From IMG/VR virus record IMGVR_UViG_3300020579_000006, positions 1 to 64,000 of that record: a stretch of 64,000 nt of DNA; one strand, given 5' to 3'. The notes beneath the pieces were generated by a model. The model had not been told where the DNA came from. It did no database searches and was given only the letters and a program-made list of their open reading frames with translations. The position numbers were made by a program, and so were the translations under genes. The DNA comes from a virus. Positions within the stretch are counted from its first letter, which is position 1; each line of letters begins with the position of its first letter. This document shows positions 48,118-56,918 of the stretch, in pieces.

Positions 48118-50190
48118 ATGTTACTGGATAAACCGAGCGTAGACACCCACGCCCCTATTCTTTTGGACGAAGCCAAACAGGTAATGTCTACAGGAGTTTG
48201 GGGGGACGATGCCGCCCTCAAGCTTGTAATTAAAGATGCTATTACTGCCGAGAACTTCGAACAAACTAAGCAATGGGTAGCTCTTTGGCCGACTGCTACT
48301 ATTCTTTACCAATCACCTTTTACTGCCCGTTATTGGGAAGGTACTCAGGTAGAAAAAGCCAACATTCCATTTTTTACGGTTGCTACTGCCGTAAACTCGT
48401 TATCTCCTAAAATCTTGAACGGTCTTTTCTACGAAGACCCCCCGTTTATGATTCGTAAACGGCCAGGAACTACAGAAAATGCTACCCGAGCAGTAGGAGC
48501 TATTCTAGCATACCAACTCGAAGACATTGGTTTCAAAGAGACTCTTCGTCTCGGAGTTACTAATGCTATCCTATTTGGAACGGCTATATGGAAGTGGGGT
48601 TGGGAAACGTATACGGAAGAACGTACTGTCTACAAACGTAAAACTCCTCCAGTAACTATTCCAAATGCTCCTGGTTTAGAAGACATACAAATTCACCCGG
48701 TCGATGAGGAAATCGAAGAAGAAGTAATCGAAGAGTATATCGACCGGCCTACTTTCGAACACATAGTAAATCTCCGCCACGTTCTGCCCGACCCCGGTCT
48801 TAATTTACCGGATATTAGAAAAGGTAAGTACGTAATCCACCGGATGTATCCGACTTGGAATGACTTAGACAAGTTACGCGACCGTCCTGGATTTAACATA
48901 CCGTCTCGTGAGAAACTGCTTGAATTATTCTTTGCTCCTAAAGAAGTAGCCGAAGCTAACGCGGCGGAACTATCGGTTCAGAATCCACTATATGATTTAA
49001 GAGCAGCACCTCGTTACGAAGTCACTACAGAAGACCCTTTTGCTCAACCACTAGAGTTACTAGAGCGTTGGGATAAAGACCGGTATATAGTAGTACTTAA
49101 TAAAAAACTCGTAATTTGTAGTGACGAAAACCCATACGGAGTGATTCCATTCCTATCCGTCAACTGGTGGGATGTACCAGAAGCTTTTTGGGGTATGGGT
49201 CTTGCGAAAACCATCGGTTCTGAGCAGAGACTCCAGCAAGGTATCACAAATGCTTGGCTAGATAACGTAGCGCTAAATCTTAATGGCGTCTACGTTCGTG
49301 TTATGGGTAAGGGCGTACCTACCCAAAGTATTCGCGTATCTCCGGGTAAAATCGTTAATGTTGATAACAAAGACGACTTCAAACCGCTGGATAGACTTCC
49401 TGCCGTGCCGGAAGCTGGCGCAGCCTTATCTATATCGCAAGCTAGAGCGGAGCAGGTGTCAGGAGCCAATGAGCCGGTTGTACAGGGCAGTATGGGCGGA
49501 CCAAAGACAAGCATGGGACGCACTGCTACTGGCGCAAATCTTATTGCCGGTGGTTCGGACTCTCGAATCCAGGATTTTGTAGAGAAAATAGCCAATCAAG
49601 TTTTTATACCGTTTTTGTACCAAGCCCATATTCTTAATTGTGGATTATTACCCTTATCCACAGTCCGCCATATTCTTAACGACGAACTCGAACATGAGTA
49701 CGTAAAAGAGAAACAAGGCGACATACTAGATATCATTAATGCACGAGTTAAGTTCTCTATTGGTGCGGGTGCGCGTTTAGCTGCCCGTCGCAATATGGCC
49801 CAGTCCTTACCTTTGATTATGCAGTATCTAGCCAATCCCGAAGTAGTCCAGTCTTTGGCCGTCGAAGGTAAGAAAGTAGACCATGACGAGTTAATGGCGA
49901 TGGTTTGGGAAGTTTCAGATTGGAGAAACTTCAGAGACGTAATCAAGCCTATGGATAAACAAGACATGCAGAGATGGCAGTTAATGCAACCGGGAGCCAA
50001 GGCTCAAGTACAACTCCAAGGTAAAGCCCAATTACAACAACAGAAATTTGAACAAGAACAACAACTCCGGGAAGATGATAACTTCGGACGTGCTGGCCGT
50101 GAAATTCTACGGTCGGCCATAGAAAAGGCTGGAGAACCAGACGCGATAACCGGGGTTCCGGGTGGCGTCGGGTTCGGAAGTAACACATAA
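48118..50190 (+). CDS. portal protein (podovirus/N4-P22-like)
   Basis: 690 aa after terL; 'FGTAIWKWGW', 'ENPYG.IPF....W..P..FWG.G', 'RTATGA', Q-rich C-terminus. Confidence 0.88.
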   Translation: MLLDKPSVDTHAPILLDEAKQVMSTGVWGDDAALKLVIKDAITAENFEQTKQWVALWPTATILYQSPFTARYWEGTQVEKANIPFFTVATAVNSLSPKILNGLFYEDPPFMIRKRPGTTENATRAVGAILAYQLEDIGFKETLRLGVTNAILFGTAIWKWGWETYTEERTVYKRKTPPVTIPNAPGLEDIQIHPVDEEIEEEVIEEYIDRPTFEHIVNLRHVLPDPGLNLPDIRKGKYVIHRMYPTWNDLDKLRDRPGFNIPSREKLLELFFAPKEVAEANAAELSVQNPLYDLRAAPRYEVTTEDPFAQPLELLERWDKDRYIVVLNKKLVICSDENPYGVIPFLSVNWWDVPEAFWGMGLAKTIGSEQRLQQGITNAWLDNVALNLNGVYVRVMGKGVPTQSIRVSPGKIVNVDNKDDFKPLDRLPAVPEAGAALSISQARAEQVSGANEPVVQGSMGGPKTSMGRTATGANLIAGGSDSRIQDFVEKIANQVFIPFLYQAHILNCGLLPLSTVRHILNDELEHEYVKEKQGDILDIINARVKFSIGAGARLAARRNMAQSLPLIMQYLANPEVVQSLAVEGKKVDHDELMAMVWEVSDWRNFRDVIKPMDKQDMQRWQLMQPGAKAQVQLQGKAQLQQQKFEQEQQLREDDNFGRAGREILRSAIEKAGEPDAITGVPGGVGFGSNT

Positions 50191-50405
50191 TGAAAAGAAT
50201 AATTGAAATAGTTAATGAACATGATGCATTCGAATATTGTATAGATGGTTCTGGTCCTAAAATAGAAATTACAGAAGATACAACGGTTGTTTCGAATTCA
50301 GACCCGACACGTCCTATAAAAATAACAACCTTGCATAAATATCGTATACCAGAAGGTTACAAAGTTAGTATGTTTGAAATAGCGAAAACCGAAGTATATA
50401 AGTAA
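50190..50405 (+). CDS. hypothetical protein
   Basis: TAATG coupling to portal. Confidence 0.5.
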   Translation: MKRIIEIVNEHDAFEYCIDGSGPKIEITEDTTVVSNSDPTRPIKITTLHKYRIPEGYKVSMFEIAKTEVYK

Positions 50406-50437
50406 AGTCCGGAAACTGAACGCGAAAGGTTCAAGAG

Positions 50438-50806
50438 ATGCAATCAGAAGTAGCTTACAACCGTATTGAAAAAATGCGTGGGGAGGAACTAACCCCCGAA
50501 GAAAAATATGAGATAGACCAGTATTTTCGTGGTCGAGCGTTATCTCAAATAACCGTTACTGAAGGATACCAAGAAATTTTAAGTATGCTTCAAAGCTACG
50601 TAGTAGACGCGGTTGAAAAACTCGTAGCGGTGGACCCGGCTGAAACCACAGAAGTACTGGCTTTTCACGCGGTAGCTTATGCAGCCAGTAAAATACACTC
50701 GAAGTTTCAACAAGATGTAAATGCGGCGGTTGATGCATCAAGAACAACCCCGTCAGCTATTAAACAGTTTGCAAAAGCGGCCCCGGTACCCGCAGGAAGT
50801 TTGTAA
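50438..50806 (+). CDS. head-morphogenesis region protein
   Basis: Position between portal and scaffold. Confidence 0.6.
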   Translation: MQSEVAYNRIEKMRGEELTPEEKYEIDQYFRGRALSQITVTEGYQEILSMLQSYVVDAVEKLVAVDPAETTEVLAFHAVAYAASKIHSKFQQDVNAAVDASRTTPSAIKQFAKAAPVPAGSL

Positions 50807-50854
50807 CCGGAAATCCCGTAGTCGTTTCGGATTAAACGATACAAGGAGAATGAT

Positions 50855-52054
50855 ATGAGTGAACCACTCGCAGTAAATAGAACGCCCGTAGACCCGTTTA
50901 GTTTTGAAGACCCTCGATTTGCAGGGGTCGATACAGCAGTGCGCAGAGAAGATTTACCGGTCGCAGACGATGACGGTTGGGAAGACCCTGGATTTCAAGC
51001 TACACAACGGGTTCCAGCTAGTAACCAATTTTTTAAAGACCTAAGCGATATCGCAGACGAGACTCCTGAAGTACAGGAAGTTCTCGATGCCGAAGTACTA
51101 GCAGCTACTCCTCCGCCTCCCGCTCCAGCGGTTGCCACAGTTGTAGTACCCGACCAACCTGAAGTTATCGAATATGACGATGGTTCCTCAGTCACCATAG
51201 AAAAGACAGCCAAGGGATGGAGCGCTACTTTAGATAGTAATACATCTAGTGGCGTAGAAATCTTCCGTGGTAAAACCAAAGACGAAATGTGGCGTAATCT
51301 AGCGGCAGGCAAAATTAACGCTACCCGTAAGATTAATTCACTGAATCGTCAGATTAAGTTGGGTCAACCCGAGGTTTCTCAGACTCAACCTGCCGCACCA
51401 AAAGTCCGGGAACTGACCGCCGACGAAGTGTTCGAGCTTAAAACTCAACTTCAGAATAACCCCGACCTAGCATTCCAAAGTTGGTTCCAAAAGAAAACCG
51501 GTAAAACTGTGGAACAACTAACCACTCTAGCTGAAAAAGGCGAAGAGGCTAACGAGAATCTTCGTCAGGAATATGAAGCTAAATCGTTTAGAGCTGAATA
51601 TCCTGAATATTTTAATACTGACGAAAACTATCAGTCACTTCTAGCTTGGCTCAGAAAACACAAAAACCTAGATAAAGATATTTTACAGTTTAACGCAAAG
51701 AATTTAGGAGAAGCTTTTGAAGACCTATCCTCTGACGGATTGTTAGATGAAGCTCCGAAAGTAGCTCCAGTAAGACGAGCATCTGCACCACAACCTACCC
51801 CAGTAGCCGCTACCCCAGTTCCTGATGTTGTGCCTGCACCCGCTCCAGCGCCTGCTCCCGACCCACGGATTGTGGGAACGACAAAGCGGCGAGTACGTGG
51901 TAATTTCGGTATACCTCAGAGCGCTATTACCAACGCTCAACCGGTCGCTGAAACCGCACCTACAGACGAAGAGTTGGATAATCTTTCTAACGATGAAATC
52001 AACCAGTTATTCTCTGGTGTTCGACGTTTAAGAGCACAATCCGCTCGGCGCTAA
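50855..52054 (+). CDS. capsid scaffolding protein
   Basis: Acidic, Pro/Ala-rich, helical; immediately upstream of the capsid gene; C-terminal 'DEELDNLS.DEI' helix. Confidence 0.7.
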   Translation: MSEPLAVNRTPVDPFSFEDPRFAGVDTAVRREDLPVADDDGWEDPGFQATQRVPASNQFFKDLSDIADETPEVQEVLDAEVLAATPPPPAPAVATVVVPDQPEVIEYDDGSSVTIEKTAKGWSATLDSNTSSGVEIFRGKTKDEMWRNLAAGKINATRKINSLNRQIKLGQPEVSQTQPAAPKVRELTADEVFELKTQLQNNPDLAFQSWFQKKTGKTVEQLTTLAEKGEEANENLRQEYEAKSFRAEYPEYFNTDENYQSLLAWLRKHKNLDKDILQFNAKNLGEAFEDLSSDGLLDEAPKVAPVRRASAPQPTPVAATPVPDVVPAPAPAPAPDPRIVGTTKRRVRGNFGIPQSAITNAQPVAETAPTDEELDNLSNDEINQLFSGVRRLRAQSARR

Positions 52055-52081
52055 GAACTAAACGACTCTAAAGAGAAATCT

Positions 52082-53773
52082 ATGAGTTATTCTCCCGCGA
52101 GTATTCAGACTTCCGGTGCGCTTCCTAACTTGGTTGCGATTTACTACGAACGTCAGAGTATTCCTAACCTGAAGGCCCAAACACCCTTCTTATCCATGAC
52201 TATTTAAGCTGCTTGGTCATGCAAACCGAAGTGGTAGATATTGAAGCAGAAACCACTTCCGCTACGGTCAGGAAATCAGATTCAATTTTTCACCTATGCT
52301 CTATTGGCGGCTAATACCAACCAAGCGGCAGAAGGTACTGTTGGGTCTCCAATTTCCGAAAGCTCCACTAAAATCATAGCGACAATTGGTCAGTTGAAAT
52401 CATCGGCTGACTTTAAATTTGGCTATATCCGTTAACCCCTTATTAGCATCTAATATAAGAAGAGACGGAGGTAAGATTCCAATGGCTATTATAAGTAAAA
52501 CGAAATGGGCATACGTCGCCGCAATGGTGGACGGAGAAGGTCACATTTCCATAGCAGGGACCAAATCAGGGCAAGGCTATAAAGGCAAACCCTATTGGTT
52601 AATAGATTGTAAGATTGGTATTTCAAACACTTCTGTGGAACTAATGAAGTGGCTAAAAGAGAATTTTGGCGGCGAATATCATGACGGTGGACAAGGTTCT
52701 AGAAGAATTTGTTATAGATGGAACCTTCAAAACTACAAACAAATGGAAAAATTTGTTCTTGCAATCCTGCCTTATATGGTTATTAAGAGAAAACAGGCAC
52801 TTTTAGCTCTTGAGTTTTTTCGTATGTTTGGGCAGAAAAACCCGGCTAAACGATTAGAACTAGCTAGAAGATGCCAAGCTCTTAATAGAGGAATAACCCC
52901 AGAGACTAATACGCCAAACCCGGTTTTAGAACCGGTGAAGATAGAGTCCGAACTTACTAGTGATAGTAAGAGTGCAGCAGTAGTGATACTGCCAGATAAC
53001 GTCGATTTTAAAGTACGCTATCTTACCGCAGAAAACTCGGTAGCCTAAACACATTTGACGCTGACTTTATTAACAGTTCCGACCTAGCTATGGACGTAGC
53101 GATTGACGACCCGTCGTTACTTCAGAACCTAGCAACCGAACTAAATTATCGCCTTGCTCTTACCCTCAACTCGCTCGTTCAGCTTACCTCTGACAGCGCG
53201 GTTGGTGTTGATGGCACGGTTAACATCCAGTTAGCAAACGGTTCATACCTTACTGCTAACAACCTCCGTACCGCTACTCAGCAATTGGCTGGCGTAAATG
53301 CCCGTCCACTTACTAAGGACGGTTACTGGGGCGGAATTATCCATCCGTTCGTTGTACACGACGTGCTAAACGACACGTCCGTCAATGGATTGACTGACAT
53401 CCTAAAGCGCAACGGTGATTCAGCACAAAAACTATTTGCGCCCCTGTCAAACGAGGAAGTTATCGAGTTCGCTGGCTGCCGTTTCAAACAGACCACGACC
53501 GCACCTTCCGTAACCATCTCCAGCAACACGTACTACAATACGTATATTTATGCTGATGATGCCCTCTTTAGTGTCTTCCTTGGAAAAAATCCTGAGTCCG
53601 GTGAAAAGAACTACCGACTTATGATACAAGAAGCTCCTAGCCAGGGTTCAGTGAGCGACCCCGCACGACAGATAGGAGGTTGGGTTTCGTACAATGTTAA
53701 GTATACCAACACTCTTCGTCCCGGTTCCACTATGGTTCTTCGACGCCTACAATCGGAAACTTCGAGTTCGTAG
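52082..53773 (+). CDS. major capsid protein, N4-gp56-like, three exons: join(52082..52201, 52244..52394, 53058..53773) = 328 aa
   Basis: Spliced product reads MSYSPAS...YYERQSIPNLKAQTPFLSMT|KQKPLPLRSGNQIQFF...EGT...IATIGQ|YADFINSSDLA...GIIHPFV..D...GCRF...DP..Q.G.VSY; 120+151+716=987 nt. Confidence 0.9.
52202..52243 (+). other. 42-nt core-less group-I-like mini-intron in capsid gene
   Basis: Two in-frame stops (TAA 52205, TAG 52235); internal guide CTGCTTGGTCATG complementary to the ligated junction CATGACT|AAGCAG; exon-terminal U, intron-terminal G. Confidence 0.8.
52395..53057 (+). mobile_element. group I self-splicing intron (663 nt)
   Basis: P1 GTCAGT/GCTGAC with U.G; P3 TTTGGC/GCCAAA; R element CCAGAGACTA; S element AAGATAGAGTCC; P8 CCGGTT/AACCGG; P9 hairpins with GTGA loops; terminal G; removal restores Q-Y-A-D-F. 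Confidence 0.93.
52482..53048 (+). CDS. intron-encoded LAGLIDADG homing endonuclease/maturase
   Basis: 'WAYVAAMVDGEGHI...ISNT...WL...FGG...ILPYMVIKRKQA'; starts in the P6 region and runs through the core. Confidence 0.92.
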   Translation: MAIISKTKWAYVAAMVDGEGHISIAGTKSGQGYKGKPYWLIDCKIGISNTSVELMKWLKENFGGEYHDGGQGSRRICYRWNLQNYKQMEKFVLAILPYMVIKRKQALLALEFFRMFGQKNPAKRLELARRCQALNRGITPETNTPNPVLEPVKIESELTSDSKSAAVVILPDNVDFKVRYLTAENSVA

Positions 53774-53782
53774 GAGTAACCT

Positions 53783-53871
53783 TTTCCACTTAGTTAGCAT
53801 CTAATTAAGTGCGGTTCAGTGCAGAGAAATCTGCGCTCCACTCTGGTCCCAGAGTAATGGGCAACTGGAAA
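53783..53871 (+). ncRNA. multi-hairpin structured RNA downstream of capsid gene
   Basis: Closing TTTCCA/TGGAAA; hairpins CACTTAGTTAG-CAT-CTAATTAAGTG, GTGCAGA-GAAA-TCTGCGC and ACTCTGG-TC-CCAGAGT. Confidence 0.45.
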
Positions 53872-53918
53872 CGGGGGTGCCTCGAACACCCCCTATCCAA
53901 CTCTTTCGAGGAGAGAAA

Positions 53919-54455
53919 ATGAAGTTTATTATTTATATTGTAAGAAACAAAATTAACAATAAGGTTTACGTTGGCAAAACATCTCAAAAACTCCGTCGCA
54001 GATGGTCCCATCATATCTCCCATGCTCCCGGCGACCCGTATTACTTCCACAGAGCTATTTGTAAGTATGGCTCAGAGAACTTTGAAATATCTGAAATTGA
54101 CTGCGCCGAAGAACTAACAACTGCAAATCAGCTAGAACAACAATATATACAAGAGTTTAAATCTTATAACCCCGAGTTTGGTTATAACAGTACGTTTGGC
54201 GGGGACGGGGTGCCTTGTACTCCCGAAGCAAAAGAAAAACACCGTCAATCAATGATTGGCAAACCCAAATCTATAGAATCTCGGCAAAAACAAAGTATTT
54301 CCGTAACAGGTGTAAACAACCCTCGTTATGGCTGTCCGGTTTCGGAAGAAACCCGTTTAAAGAGAAGTCTAAAATTAGCAGGCAGACCGAGACCTAAAGA
54401 AGTTATAGACAGAATCACATTAGCCAAGTTTCTTAAAACAGTAGCTTGGGGTTAA
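53919..54455 (+). CDS. GIY-YIG/NUMOD3 homing endonuclease
   Basis: FIIYIVRNKINNKVYVGKT...GYNSTFGGDG. Confidence 0.9.
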   Translation: MKFIIYIVRNKINNKVYVGKTSQKLRRRWSHHISHAPGDPYYFHRAICKYGSENFEISEIDCAEELTTANQLEQQYIQEFKSYNPEFGYNSTFGGDGVPCTPEAKEKHRQSMIGKPKSIESRQKQSISVTGVNNPRYGCPVSEETRLKRSLKLAGRPRPKEVIDRITLAKFLKTVAWG

Positions 54456-54658
54456 GATGTATAAATGCTTTGTTCTACACAGCATGAGTTCTCTTCTCCA
54501 ACGAGCATATTGGAGAAGTATAAACGAGTTTTTTGAAGTACAACCGCATCATTTAGCGTTTAAAGAACATAGAATTAGCGAATTTGGAAACTGCCAGAGA
54601 TGTGGCTGGCGTCCTAAAGTAAAGGAGTAACATGACTTAGTAACCAATGGAGGTTTCT

Positions 54659-54976
54659 ATGTCACGGTCATATCGTCGGCCTGCTAGCGCAATTACTACG
54701 TGTAATAGTGCGAAACAGGATAAGATTTTAGCTCATCGTGGAGTACGTCGGGCGCAAAACCATGCTCTACGTACCTGTCAAGATTGGGACGAGTTGTTAA
54801 TTCCCCATAAATACGAGTGTTCTTGGAACGAAACGTATTGTTGGGGTCGAGACGGAAAACAAAGATTATATTTTCTATCTGATTTTGAATACCTATGGGT
54901 TCACCCAATCACAGGAATAATTGAACCGTTACATGAAAATGGAGCGGAAATGTTTGCAGCACTAAAAAGAAAATAG
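54659..54976 (+). CDS. conserved hypothetical protein (MSRSYR.P...WGRDGKQ)
   Basis: GGAGG RBS before MSRSYRRP. Confidence 0.6.
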   Translation: MSRSYRRPASAITTCNSAKQDKILAHRGVRRAQNHALRTCQDWDELLIPHKYECSWNETYCWGRDGKQRLYFLSDFEYLWVHPITGIIEPLHENGAEMFAALKRK

Positions 54977-55005
54977 CAAAAAGCATATCAGAAGGATAAT
55001 TAGAA

Positions 55006-55488
55006 ATGGCGCATCCTAAAGAACATCTAGTATACGACTCCAGAGGGGTTGTTACTTACAATACAGAGACTAACGGCCAGTTGACATTGGGGCATTTGTC
55101 CCCGGAAGTTTTACGCGACCTAGCCCGCAATGAAGCCGCCAGTCATGAATGGCGGAAAGCTGCTGTCGAGTTGCTGCTGGAAAAACAACACCCGCACGCT
55201 AACCATCCTGAGTTGCGCGAACTAGTGTTTCAGATTAAAGCTGAAAAAGAAGCTCGGGTTGAAGTCGAAGCTTTGGCTGCCGAAGCCAAGCATGAAGAAC
55301 CATTTGCTAATGACCAGACTGCGGAAGCTTTGGTTGACGAGTTTATAAACCAGCCAGAAGCTCGGGCCGAGTTAGTGAAGGAAGAAGCGGTTCCAATTGA
55401 GGAGCACCCGTTTTTTAAACAAAGTCCGGTTTCCGGACAATGTGAAGCTCAAGATATCGAATCCTTGGAAAAACTCGCAATAGAATAA
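55006..55488 (+). CDS. hypothetical protein
   Basis: RBS and operon packing. Confidence 0.6.
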   Translation: MAHPKEHLVYDSRGVVTYNTETNGQLTLGHLSPEVLRDLARNEAASHEWRKAAVELLLEKQHPHANHPELRELVFQIKAEKEARVEVEALAAEAKHEEPFANDQTAEALVDEFINQPEARAELVKEEAVPIEEHPFFKQSPVSGQCEAQDIESLEKLAIE

Positions 55489-56120
55489 TGGACGGTCAGA
55501 AACATCTGCTTGTTCTAGCTGTCCGCCACGGCCAGACAATCCTTAACGCTAAAGATGCTTTCAGGGGACCGATAGATGCGCCTTTGGACGCACAGGGTTT
55601 TAGAGATGCTAACGAAGTAGCTCACTATCTAGAATCAGAACCAGTTTCCGCTATATTCCATTCTGATAAAAAAAGAACTCGCGCTACTGCCGAAACTATC
55701 GCCCGTCTAAAAAAAATGGAAGTTTACCCAAACCCGAATTTAGCGGCTTGGAATGTAGGGGACCTTGGCGGTCAACCTAAAGATGAAGAGAATACTGAGT
55801 TAGTACACTGGCATGTAGAACACCCAGATGTACCGCTTCCTGGTGGCGAATCGTTAAATCAGTTTAAAGCTCGTATCCACCCGCTAATTATAGATGCTAC
55901 AGACCTAGCGATGAAAACCGGTTTACCGGTAGTACTAGTAGTACACTCCAGCGTAATACATGAAATCGGCAATATGATTGGCGGCCATCACGAATACACC
56001 CTTGTCGAACCCGGTGGCGTAGCGGCTATTTATATACAAGATGGTAAACTCGACGCCTGTCCTATATTCAAGGCAAGACCTGAAAGCAAGTCCCGCCGTC
56101 GCGCCGATATAATGACTTAG
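55488..56120 (+). CDS. histidine phosphatase (phosphoglycerate mutase family)
   Basis: RHGQT, 'D.PL...G', 'S...R...TA', PGGES, VVH. Confidence 0.9.
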   Translation: MDGQKHLLVLAVRHGQTILNAKDAFRGPIDAPLDAQGFRDANEVAHYLESEPVSAIFHSDKKRTRATAETIARLKKMEVYPNPNLAAWNVGDLGGQPKDEENTELVHWHVEHPDVPLPGGESLNQFKARIHPLIIDATDLAMKTGLPVVLVVHSSVIHEIGNMIGGHHEYTLVEPGGVAAIYIQDGKLDACPIFKARPESKSRRRADIMT

Positions 56121-56189
56121 TTGTAAAACCTCTCAAGTTCTTACCCGTTAAAAGGTACCGTTTTTCAAATCTAATTAAAGGATAAACTC

Positions 56190-56888
56190 GTGTCAAATTC
56201 TGATACCATCTTTGCATTACAGGGACTAGGCGTTGCTACTCCCCCTCGAAATCAGCTAGCTACCCTGACTGCTTTAGGTACTGGCGAAACTCTACTTACT
56301 ATGGGTTCTGATGCCGGTACTAACGTAACCGCGTTTCTTCCGTTTCCCGGACAGTCGGATATAGTGGGGTCTTCTAGTCCCGCAGACGTTAATGCTAACG
56401 CCGCGATTCTTCTAGATAATACGGGCGGAAAAACATCGTCTAATCGTGGAGCTAGTCGTCCATATTTTAATACACTAAGTTTTGACGGTCGAGCCTTTCG
56501 AGTACGAGTGCAGGGTCGTTTTGTTTCCAGTGCGGCTGCTAATACCTTAACTCTAAAGTTTTATCAAAACACTAAAGCTGCTGGTCCGGTCACTGCTGGC
56601 GCAGGTTTATTTGCTACAGTAGCTATCGGCGCTGCCGCTTTAGGTTCTGTCAGTGGAAACTTCATCGCAGAAGCCGCTGGTGAATGGGATTCCGTTAGCG
56701 CCAAGATGCAGGGAGCAGAAGCTTGGGGAGCTGCCGCCGGATTCTACGCTGCTAGGGCTGTAGGTCAGTCCACACCTTTTGCGGTGGCTGCCCCTCTTAG
56801 TAACTCCCTTATGTTCATTTCTGCTACCTTCGGCGCGGGCGCTGCTAACGCAATCACACCCGTCGAGATAAGTTTTGAGGATATTTAA
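56190..56888 (+). CDS. putative virion structural/decoration protein
   Basis: Ala/Gly-rich; resembles 29580-30200. Confidence 0.6.
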   Translation: MSNSDTIFALQGLGVATPPRNQLATLTALGTGETLLTMGSDAGTNVTAFLPFPGQSDIVGSSSPADVNANAAILLDNTGGKTSSNRGASRPYFNTLSFDGRAFRVRVQGRFVSSAAANTLTLKFYQNTKAAGPVTAGAGLFATVAIGAAALGSVSGNFIAEAAGEWDSVSAKMQGAEAWGAAAGFYAARAVGQSTPFAVAAPLSNSLMFISATFGAGAANAITPVEISFEDI

Positions 56889-56918
56889 AATCACAAATTT
56901 TGCGCGAAAGGCAAAACG

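Noticed and set aside
52202-52243. Stop-codon recoding or T4 gene 60-type ribosomal bypass as the explanation for the capsid interruption
   Set aside because: Two different stops are present, TAA and TAG terminate other genes normally, and there is no matching in-frame landing codon for ATT or ACT. The 13-nt guide complementarity fits splicing much better.
52241-52435. 64-aa ORF and the 53090-53773 ORF as independent genes
   Set aside because: They are exon 2 (plus intron read-in) and most of exon 3 of the capsid gene.
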